DNA of 63,261 nt, the filler included, from Rhabdomonas costata (lineage: Eukaryota), in NCBI GenBank assembly GCA_019059605.1. It is 34 parts of 34 records of this genome, joined end to end, with 100 filler letters (N's around TTAATTAATTAA, not from the genome) between each part and the next. Parts side by side here need not be neighbours in the genome. Positions count along the whole stretch, not along the records: positions 11,186 to 12,950 come from JAHMHO010009390.1; positions 13,051 to 14,814 come from JAHMHO010009391.1; positions 14,915 to 16,678 come from JAHMHO010009392.1; positions 16,779 to 18,542 come from JAHMHO010009393.1; positions 18,643 to 20,407 come from JAHMHO010009394.1; positions 20,508 to 22,271 come from JAHMHO010009395.1; 28 more parts are not named here. The stretch is one strand, 5' to 3'. Shown here piece by piece: positions 11,989 to 21,657 of this stretch. Below the pieces are notes generated by a model. The model did not search any database, was not told the DNA's origin, and saw nothing but the letters and a program-made list of their open reading frames with translations. Each line of letters starts with the position of its first letter. The first letter of the stretch is position 1. The position numbers were made by a program, and so were the translations under genes.

Positions 11989-12078
11989 CTCCGCAGGAGT
12001 TCCAGAGCTCAAAAATCCGACAACCCTATCAAGCTGGCTAACGTCCAGGGATGTTTCGAAGTTCAATATGGCTTCCAT
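11989..12078 (-). CDS. XPO1: Exportin-1 (CRM1), first coding exon
   Basis: MEAILNFETSLDVSQLDRVVGFLSSGTPAE then GT donor; matches the CRM1 N-terminus, particularly the trypanosomatid-like form. Confidence 0.82.
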
Positions 12079-13445
12079 CGCACCTTTTCCCCAGGGGTAG
12101 AAGTCATCGCACACGTTGGAAATAAAATCCGACCGCACTGGTTTGTACAGTAGACGTGTGCGTTGCAATTATTTGTTTTCCAGGGTCATACATTTTCTAC
12201 TCTCAATTTGAAAGATTATGATGGAAGATCAAAAAGCAGATTCAGCGCGCGGGAGTAGTTCCTCGCTCTGCTGTGCGACTAGAATCAGCAGAGGCTGAAG
12301 GCGGGCGATCTGAGGCTTCGGGTCCCGCGTAGCCATTGGTTTGCACGTGTTGGTACATCTTTTTGATTGAAATGTTTCAAAGCACGCAAGTTTGTCATAT
12401 TCAGTGGTGCAACTGATGGTCGTCCCGGAGGTGGGTATGGAACCATAACCGTCTAGTTCTTATCAATCACTCATAATGCTGAGGTGAGGTCATGCCACCT
12501 TGTCCAAACTGTGGGGTGATGATATAACTCACTTCGCTCTGCCCTGGCGTGTATGGTTTGAGTCAGTGACACACGCATAAGATTCTGTCAGATGGGCTTC
12601 ATTCTCCGACAAACCGCCTTATGTCCAGCAACAGCATCTGCATCAGTGACACACACCCAAGTTCCGATCTCCGATGAACCAAGCGCAAACAGATGCCCTG
12701 ATGCAGCGCAGAACCCAACACAGAACCCCATAGCCTACAGATACACCTCCTACTACTTATCCCCCGTACACACAGCTCAAACCCAAGCGATGCACAAAAC
12801 CCAGACATGCACAACTACATGCACCAACATACACCAAATGCGCACACGTGCCCCACCTATCCATGACCACGAGAAACCATCAGATCGGCAAACCAGATAC
12901 GCGAACCCAAGCCGAACAGATCAGGGAGGTCCGTTTCGTCCCAAACCACANNNNNNNNNNNNNNNNNNNNNNNNNNNNNNNNNNNNNNNNNNNNTTAATT
13001 AATTAANNNNNNNNNNNNNNNNNNNNNNNNNNNNNNNNNNNNNNNNNNNNCTCTCGTTTGTCGCGAGATGCTAAAGGGCATCAGGATATTCATTGGGACT
13101 TACAGGGGGTTTGCGGATGCTTATGAAAAATGTCTTCCATTGTACCATGTCAGCGTAATTTCTTGTTGTGGATTCGAAGCTAACGCAGCTCATCTTTTTT
13201 TGTGATATTTAGAACTTTCCGGAGGTGTGGGTGACAACACCTGCTCGTTTTTCACTTCTCACTTTTGACATGAGAGACGATATGCAACTCCTTCCCGCGC
13301 GCCTGCATCGCTCCACTTTGTCACACTGTCAGAGCGCGGTCTCCCCATTCGCTTCTTCTTCATTGAGATCGAGTCGGAATGTTGGTGCAGTCGTCTTTTT
13401 TTTCTGGGGAAGGGGGGATGCGATTTCTGCGGCTCCTGCGGGCAG

Positions 13446-14790
13446 GTCACCGTGATGAAGGCTCTGGTATCGTCCACGCAGCACCTGGGTGGGGTGAAGC
13501 CCTCGCCTGATGCCACCGCAGGCTCGGGCTCTCCCTCCGCCCGCGCCCGGCTCACCGGGGCGATCAGCACCATCAAGGCAATGAACAGGATGCTCGCCGC
13601 CCTTCCAGAGGGCAGCCGAGGAGAGCTGCGACCGGACTTCCAGATCCTCACAGGCAAGCGCACGCCCCGCTCCCTTCTTCTCTGATCCCACCAGCTCCAT
13701 CACCTGTCCCACGTATCTGTTTCTTCCGCTTCTCCGTCTTTCGTCGTGTCCGGCGTGTTCTGCTGACACAGCCTTCATGGGCAACTCCTTTTTTCTCCAC
13801 TTTTTTTTGCTTGTCTCCTTTTTGTCTTGAATACTCTACACGACTTCGCATGTTGTGTGGCAAAATCCTGTTACCCCCCGAATTCTTCCATCCAGAAGAG
13901 TCCTCTCTGTAACAGATAAAGACTAATCGCCTTCAGCTAGGCGAAAGGAGGTATGTTGTCAAAACGGCAACCGTTTATGCGAGTTTGTTTTTTCGGCGCA
14001 GGCCATATGCAAGGTGGAGTCGAGCTTCGCAACGTGGATACTGGAGTGGTGAAAGGTCTCGTGCAACCTGCGATCATTATTTGAATGCCAAATGCAACAC
14101 TCCGGCATCTTCTGCAACTGCTCTTACGCAGAGTTTCGTCTCCTGAAGTGAACTCCTGAGTTGTGGGTCTCATACCGCAGAAAAATATCCGCTCCAAAAG
14201 TTTCTTCAGTGAACCGCGTCGGGATGACGCTTTTTTAAAAATCTTCTCAAGCTTCCCATGATTTTTTTTTTGCGTTTTTGCGTTCCACTCATTTCTCTTT
14301 CACTGAGATGGGCATCACTGAGTGTAATCATTTTTTCGGTTTGGTATCCTGACGAAGCTTTGCTATTGTTCTGCTTTTTCTTGGGTGGTGTGAAAGCCGT
14401 CTAAGAAAAGGAAACCTGTCTCTCAATTCTGCCGAAAAGTAACCAGCACCCAGGCTGAAGGATGAAAGCTGAGAGCGCACAGGGGTAGCCCTCAGTTTTC
14501 CTTTTCCTGTCTGTGTATGTGTTGTATGTCGCCACCGCGGCCGTGTACCGTTGGATTACTTCCACGCCCCGTGCCGCTCACCGCGTGGAGGTTGTTGCTT
14601 TCGCTAACCCTCAAAATCCCATGGGTGAGTGCTTGAGGGAGCGCCCTACAGTTCAGGTTGTTGTGGAGACCAAACGGGGTGTCCACAGGTCGGGCGGTGT
14701 TCGCGCACAAGGTGCGCCACCTTGTTGCCAGCAACAGCTACGTCTTCATTCTCATCGAGACAAACTCCAAGCTGAACAAAGACAACTGTG
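13446..14790 (+). CDS. WD40-like repeat protein, internal exons (13446-13653, 14002-~14054, further exon(s) to ~14790)
   Basis: Splicing 13653 to 14002 gives QILTG|HMQGGVELRNVDTGVVK, a WD40-type blade; later exon RAVFAHKVRHLVASNSYVFILIE is beta-propeller-like. Confidence 0.55.
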
Positions 14791-15123
14791 GTACTCGTTT
14801 CCCGCCACCACCACNNNNNNNNNNNNNNNNNNNNNNNNNNNNNNNNNNNNNNNNNNNNTTAATTAATTAANNNNNNNNNNNNNNNNNNNNNNNNNNNNNN
14901 NNNNNNNNNNNNNNTTTTGTGTGTGACAGTCGTGAACAAGGCGGTAAATTGCCAAGCTTTCACCATAAGCTGAGTGGCGAACTGGACTTTAGCGGCAGCT
15001 TTGTGCTGGGTCTTGCTTTCCCCAGTGGGTTTCCTTTCTATTCACAAAACTCTTGCTGGTGATGCCACGGGAGCTTTTGCCATGCGAAAAGGACAGCACA
15101 TTTTCCCACCTCCATTGTTACAG

Positions 15124-15848
15124 TACGCCGGACTGGACTGCAGGCTGGAGTGCCCTGTCTCTGCGGTGATGAACCTGACCTGTGGCACGGGCAGCTGCAA
15201 TATGGCCACGGCAACCTGCGTTTGCTCCGGGTGTGCGGGGCTCCCACGGCCTCCCTTTCTACCGTAACTCTGCTGACGGCTAGTTGGGAACGAGTGGTTG
15301 CCATAGTGACCATCCACACACACACATCTGTCTGGCCCCGGCGTTTAACGAGAAAGTGAAGCGCTGTTTAGGAGAAACCGAAGTCTGACCCCAAGCCCCG
15401 CCTCTTCAAGAGCTAAATGCGTGTATGTGACGGCCTGTGATGGCCTGTTGTGGTGCAGGAACTGGGCAGGCCCAACCTGCGACCGCTGCCAGCCTGGCTA
15501 CGCTGGGCCCAAGTGCGCAACGGCGTGTCCGACTGCAGTGCAGGGCCTACCCTGCTCTGGGGTGTGTTTTGATTGTTTTGAATGGCGATCACCCTCCCGC
15601 TTGACACCGAAGAGGGCTGCACTTGCAGGAAGTCCTGCCACCTTTCTCATGAATATCTCACAGCACAGGCCAGAAAGCAGACAACATATTTGGTTGGTGA
15701 TTCCGCAAATGTCGCAACCTCAATCAACCTCGTGTGTGATTCTGCGCTCTGTCCCACCTCAGAATGGGTACTGCAGCGACGGGCTCTCTGGAGACGGCCA
15801 CTGCACCTGCACCGCAGCCTACCGTGGCTCGGACTGCGGGACGAAATG
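15124..15848 (+). CDS. EGF/laminin-EGF repeat protein, three exons (15124-15230, 15459-15561, 15763-15848)
   Basis: Phase-compatible GT-AG introns; YAGLDC..ECP...CGTGSC....TCVC.GNWAGPTCDRCQPGYAGPKC...CSG|NGYCSDGLSGDGHCTC..YRGSDC. Confidence 0.9.
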
Positions 15849-16807
15849 GTGCGGGAATTGTTGGGGAGGGGCATCCTGCACAGTCGCGTTTTCACATTGA
15901 CCGATATGCGAAGCGAGGAGCGGGTGGATGAATAAAACAGCGGCTTCGTTACACAAGTGCTGGTGGACTTGGCGTTGGCAACTCGGTGAGTGGCTGCCTT
16001 TAGCACAGTTCTGTCTGTCACGTGTGCATTTTCTCTCTTCCAATTCAGCTGTCAATCGCGCGTCCAAGCGTGTCCAAGCGTGGATGGGTTCCCTCTCTCT
16101 GAGTAAGTAGGTACCTTAAGACTGCTGTGAAGTCCTCGTTGGACACCTCCTGGCCTTTGTGTTTACTGGTGTATTTGGGTGTACTTGTACAGTTTCCATT
16201 CACTCTCTCCCTGTTTTCGACAGCCCTGGGGATCCGCTGAGCCCCTGCGGAGGTACACGCGTCGTTGTGTGGGGTTTGATGGTCGTTGAGGGAAGGGCTG
16301 CTGGTGAATGAGAGTACAATCTGCCGGAGACTTGTATACAGAAGCTGCCCGTAATTTCTACCTAGTTGTCACTTTGACAGGTCAACAACAGAACACTGCA
16401 GAGCATGCTTGGTTGTTCAGGTTCAGTCTGCCGGCAGGAAAAGGTCGTTCCTGCTGAATGCCCTGTTTTTCGCACTTCATTTCCCTTCATTTCCCAAATT
16501 CTCACTTTTGGTATGGCGTGAATGGCATACTAACAAATGTCTGATTCAAACCTCTCACAGTCAGCCAGCCTAGTCATGCAGCTCACTCCCCGTCCAGGGA
16601 ACTGGATGCTGTGATGTGTGTGAGACGGCCGTGGAATGCCCTCAAAGCAATAAAAACAACCCCCAAACACACCCACACNNNNNNNNNNNNNNNNNNNNNN
16701 NNNNNNNNNNNNNNNNNNNNNNTTAATTAATTAANNNNNNNNNNNNNNNNNNNNNNNNNNNNNNNNNNNNNNNNNNNNGTGGTGTGTGTGTGGGGGGGGT
16801 GTCCCAG

Positions 16808-17603
16808 CCCTTTGGAGCGCGGTGAGGCTGGTGATCCGGTACCCGTTCCCGTGCTTCGACTCCGACGGGCTGGTCCGCCAGCATCCCCACCTCCTGAAGG
16901 AGATCGCCCATCGCAACTGTGTGGCCTTCCTGGGCGCCGGGTTCTGCGCCCCCGCCAAGGGGCCCTCCTGGGCTGAGCTCCTGGACGCCGCTGCGGACGC
17001 CATCTGGTGATCTGCTTGGGCACTTATTCTGTTTTTCTTTTGCTCGCAACCAACAAACCTGCTCTTGTTTGGTTCCTGTTCGGAGTAGCCTCTGAATTGG
17101 GCGAAAGGTTGCTGTCTCGGTCAGCTTCTCTCCCCGCAGAAAGGTGGCTGTCTCGGTCGGCTTCTCTCCCCGCTGTCTTTGAGATGGGCTATTTTTGGTG
17201 CTTTTTAATATCGGTATAATAACGGTCGATTTTGCGGGCCTGAATGGCTGAATGGCACATATATTTGTGTACTCCGGTGCTAGAACTTAGAGCTTATTGC
17301 TTGGGTTTTGTTGCGTTGTGTTTTCATTGCGCGGCATGCCTCAGCTGGCAATTTCAATGGAAACATGTTATAAGAATATTAGATGGTCCGATTAGGACAT
17401 CGCTCGCAACTCGGTGTGCAGCTCAGCCTGTTTTCTTTGCTCCATTCACAAAGCTCCATTTGCTACCTAGTTGGGCATGCCCACTAAGCTCGAAACACTC
17501 GTGACACAGGCCTACTTCCACCAGTCGGACCAAGGACACGGTCAAGGACCTTCTGAAGAAGAGTAACCATGCGGATCTTGAGCTGGCCGCTCAACTGATG
17601 CAG
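16808..17603 (+). CDS. SIR2-like (SIR2_2) domain protein, two exons (16808-17006, 17510-17603)
   Basis: LLKEIAHRNCVAFLGAGFCAPAKGPSWAELL = hhFhGAGhS...G.P.W..L start of SIR2_2 domains; spliced continuation W|PTSTSRTKDTVKDLLKKSNHADLELAAQLMQ; GT-AG intron, phase 2. Confidence 0.8.
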
Positions 17604-18226
17604 GTGAGCGGATGCAGTCGAAGCGCCGCATGTCCCTTTACCACATCGCCGCAGCATATGCACTGTACTGTGCGGGTGGAACGGGATTCACCTCCCAACT
17701 TTCGTTGCCATTGGGAATGTCGAGGTGGAGCCGAACATCGCCTTACTCCTGCCCTTTCTTTCGCGGAAAACTGACTGGAGCTCAAGCTCAATACAGTACC
17801 CGTTCTAAGTGGAACAGGTGCGGCTGTGGGCCCTGGTATGTACCGCTCAAGGGTATGGGGCACTTTTTGATACCCTCCCCTGGTGCCCCAGACCGCCTCC
17901 TCCTCCTTCTCCCTCTCTACCTTTTCACTCTCCTTTTCCTTCTTAGCCGGCTCCGCTTCCTCGGGAGTAACCACCTGCACGCTGGGGACCCCATGGGCCG
18001 CGCAACCCTCCGCTCCCTGATCAGGCGGCTCCGGGTCGTCTCTGGAGAGGAAGGTCTCCTTGGCGACCTGCTCTTCCATGGTGAGCTGGCGGATCTTTTC
18101 GGCCTCTTCGTTGAGGATCTCCTCGCGGAGCATGAGGTACTCGGAGCCCCGAAGGATCTTCTTATTCAGCTCGTCGCAAATGATGTGCTCCAGGCCCCTC
18201 CCTCCCTCCTTGAGCTGCCGCTTGTC
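17591..18226 (-). CDS. Exon of an uncharacterised Glu/Lys-rich protein, antisense to the SIR2-like gene
   Basis: Acceptor CTTTGTAG then a 212-codon open frame DKRQLKEGGRGLEHIICDELNKKILRGSEYLMLREEILNEEAEKIRQL...; 3' extent uncertain. Confidence 0.6.
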   Translation of the reverse strand, partial: DKRQLKEGGRGLEHIICDELNKKILRGSEYLMLREEILNEEAEKIRQLTMEEQVAKETFLSRDDPEPPDQGAEGCAAHGVPSVQVVTPEEAEPAKKEKESEKVEREKEEEAVWGTRGGYQKVPHTLERYIPGPTAAPVPLRTGTVLSLSSSQFSAKERAGVRRCSAPPRHSQWQRKLGGESRSTRTVQCICCGDVVKGHAALRLHPLTCIS

Positions 18227-18542
18227 CTACAAAGCGTTCGATCAGAACAAGAGAAACCTCACCAGCTTTGAAGGGGAACAGAAATGAGTTTACCGCATAG
18301 CAATAAGCTCATCCCTGGTATGAAACCAAGCAATGCCAAGCAGAGGTCCTTCTCTGCAGAAAGAATGCAAACATGCTTGGAAAACCGCATGGATTGCAAA
18401 GGAGCACGAGAGGAAGCGGTCTGGGGCACCAGGGGAGGGTATCAAAAAGTGCCCCATACCCTTGAGCGGTACATACCAGGGCCCACACCCGCACCTGTTC
18501 CACTTAGAACGGGTACTGTATTGAGCTTGAGCTCCAGTCAGT
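17770..18542. repeat. 133-bp inverted repeat (17770-17902 / 18410-18542)
   Basis: Reverse-complement match with two mismatches; right arm runs to the contig end. Confidence 0.92.
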
Positions 18543-19115
18543 NNNNNNNNNNNNNNNNNNNNNNNNNNNNNNNNNNNNNNNNNNNNTTAATTAATTAANN
18601 NNNNNNNNNNNNNNNNNNNNNNNNNNNNNNNNNNNNNNNNNNTGTTTTTGTTTCCCGTTTTCATTTGTGATTTATGATTGTTTCCTCCTTTTCCCCCAGT
18701 GCAAATTTCTTCATTCGTCCTTTCTCTTTCCTCCTTTCCCTCACTGCTCAACCGAAACAGCGGGAAACTGTAACCAGCAGTCAGAACCGTCTTCACTTGG
18801 GGGACGGAAATCTTTCGCCTGATCGGTAAAATCGAAAGTCATACTTTTTTCGCTCCTTGATCGAATCTGTTATTATGCGGACACAAAAAGTACTGAAAGT
18901 ATTCATGAAGGAACAGCGCATATAGTGAATCAACGGATAACCGCTGAAGCTGATCCATTCCGTGATGATCCAACAAATTCTATCTCTGTCTGCCCATAGG
19001 TGGCCCTTCTTGAGCCATTTGGATAATCCGAAGAAGAAAAAGCGGAGGTGATCCATCATTAATCCAATCCAATGTTACCTCCACGGTGTTTGTGTATGCG
19101 TATTTGCGGCGGCAG

Positions 19116-19274
19116 ATGAAAGCCTATGGTATTGAGCTGGGTTCGGAGATGTGCCGCAAGATAATCGCCAAGGGGCACACCCACCTCCACTTCTACTGCC
19201 TTAACTCCGACGTCAGCACCTTTGCGATCATGAACAACCTGGGGCTGCGAACGGCAGACCCCACTGTCACCTGA
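19116..19274 (+). CDS. MTHFR: Methylenetetrahydrofolate reductase, final exon
   Basis: MKAYGIELGSEMCRKIIAKGHTHLHFYCLN...IMNNLGL matches the GIE...EMC..L......LHFYTLN end of the catalytic barrel; follows a CAG acceptor. Confidence 0.88.
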   Translation: MKAYGIELGSEMCRKIIAKGHTHLHFYCLNSDVSTFAIMNNLGLRTADPTVT

Positions 19275-20507
19275 AACCCCTTCGTAGGAGCAGAGTTCTC
19301 TTTGAGGGGGTGACTGTCTGGCTATTGTTAAGTGTTACCTGCTTTACCTGCTTACCCGCTTTTATGCCTCGTCTGGGCACGCGTCGGTTTTATACCCCCA
19401 AAAAAGGTGACAGCCAGTGCCCTGGACTCTTTTCTGAGTTTGCTGGAAATTGCAGCTCCCCTGTGGCACTTTTTGAGTGTCTGAGAGCTTCCGCCGGTTG
19501 CCTGTTTTGCATTGCTGTGGGCACAGCGAGTGTGAAGTGACCTTACACTTGTTCACTTTTGTTCAGCTCTTGCTGGGAACCAGAAAAACCTGAAAAACCC
19601 GAAATATCGGATGACAAGAAACGAACGTCCCAAATGCATCGTGCATCGTACATCGTGCGTCGCATGTGGGTCGCGCAGGGAGCTCGGGACTCCGGATTAT
19701 CTACTCTCAAGCCTGCGTTGCAGATTCCACAGGCACATGAAACGCTGACGTGCGGAATAAATTTTGCTGATTGCGCCCTTGTGTGCAGACTTTTTATAGA
19801 CAGACGTTGCGCTGAGCCCTTTCTGCTCCCATTGCTTCCCAGTGCTAATGAATTCTGCCTTTCATGTTTTTATACTGTTCTATTCATCGAACGTAATCCA
19901 TGAAACGTTTCCAAAGCATGCTATCTGCACTTAACCCAAGTAGGTTCCAAATCAAATATCCATTCATTGAGGAGCACTTAATTGCCAGGCAGGCAGGGTT
20001 ATGATTTATTGTGAGTCATGGTGATTAAATCAGCCTCAGGAAAACTGCTGGGTAAAAAAGACCCCCAGGCAACTTCACGGCTGCTGCGACGCGAGGGGCT
20101 GTTGGGCCAGGCTCGCAATAGACAATGGCCACTTTTTAATCATTTTTTAAAAAATGAAGAAAAATCGATTTAAAAAATCGAAAAATCTTTCGCATTTTTG
20201 AATTAATCCACCCCTTTATCCGGCCTCCTTCTCCTCCGCGGTCCGGCACCGAAACAGATTAAAATAATGCGTTTTGATTAGGGCACAAGTGAAGGGTGGG
20301 GGAAATTTCAAAATGGTTGACGAAAACATTGCCGATATTTTTACGGAGGACGGAGGGTACCTCCCTGTTCTGCGTAAAAATATCGGCAATGTTTTCGCCA
20401 ACCACCCNNNNNNNNNNNNNNNNNNNNNNNNNNNNNNNNNNNNNNNNNNNNTTAATTAATTAANNNNNNNNNNNNNNNNNNNNNNNNNNNNNNNNNNNNN
20501 NNNNNNN

Positions 20508-21657
20508 AGGCTCCCCCCAGGCTTCAGGAAGCTGCGCGCGGCGTGGGCGCTCAGCGAGGCGCTAGAGAAGCAGTCCCACCGCAGCCTTCCCTTGTTCTCC
20601 TCCAGAGGCACCTCGAAGTTGGTCCCACGGTACAGCACGTCCTGCTCCGGGTCCACCTTCGGCACCGGACCGGCCTCAAGGTACTCCTGAATCCCTTCGA
20701 TAATCGGCGCCAGGGCCCGCAGCACACCATGGGCGGGGTGCCTCGGGTCCAACCCAGAGCTGCTCGCCGCGGATCGCTGCGCGGTGGTCAGCACAGCGTA
20801 CAGCTGGTCAGGCTTCTTGGGCATGGGCTGCTGAGGGGTGGCCTCGGGGGTGGGAATCTCCTCGCTGTAAAGGACCAGCGCCGCGAACTGCGCCGGGCTG
20901 ACCTGGAACACCTGCAGCGCCAACCGGGCCCGCTGCAACTCGACTTCGGTGATCTCTGCCTCGGGGCAGAGCCTGCCCTGCAGCAGGGCAACCACGCGAA
21001 CCCTCAGCCTCCTCAGAGATTCCGCCGTGAAGCTAGGATCCTCCTTCGCGGTGGGGTTGAAGATCATTCTGGAGTTCTCTAGGGCCTTGCCGGGGGTCCT
21101 CAGGACAAGCAGGCACCGCAGCACCTGAGAAGAAGGGCAAAGGTAAACTGCAACTGCAAGTCCAACACCTATCGTTCAGCAGTGCAAATTTAGTTTCGCA
21201 GAGGCAAACAACTACATCAGCACTGAGCATGTTGGCTCGCGGATTTCCAGGGACGCCACGGAATAAAGCAATGTCAGCATCAGTTTCTCCAATGCTCAGG
21301 CGCCCCTGTTAGGCTGCGGAGTGCTTGTGCGCTGAGTGGACTTCACTCATTCAGTCATGGAACCGCTCTACAAAGGGCACATCAAACGACGAGCAACCAC
21401 AATCTGTGGGCCCCAGCAAAGGAGAAGGGGGAATGGTGGGCAGTTGGAGTGAAAGCTGCGCGTTGCCGTGCCCTTTCCAGTGCAACTTGCACTCAAAACA
21501 AAAACGGGGTGAGGAAGGGAAAGGGAAGGTCGTGGAGGGTGCGAAAGGGGAAGAAAGAGCGCAGCTGAGGTTGTACCTGGCAGAGCTTGCACCCCTCGGC
21601 CCCACGGCCGCAGCACTCGGGGCAGGCCGCCTCCAGTGCCTCCTCGGCACTCGGCGT
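20508..21657 (-). CDS. Mono-ADP-ribosyltransferase (R-S-E/ARTC-like) with upstream CxxC-CxxC finger; exons 21657-21577 and 21124-20508, truncated by contig end
   Basis: AALVLYS...LYAVL...VLYRGT...WDCFSSASLSAHAARSF carries the YRG and F-S-S-x-S motifs; upstream exon ACPECCGRGAEGCKLCQ splices in phase 0. Confidence 0.8.

Noticed and set aside
17612-18271. 219-aa plus-strand ORF (likewise 7526-8185, 20543-21082, 43118-43738, 52240-52737)
   Set aside because: Antisense shadows of GC-rich exons on the opposite strand.
16808-21657. SIR2-like gene and ART as a linked defence island
   Set aside because: They are on different contigs separated by spacers and ordered only by length; no linkage evidence.
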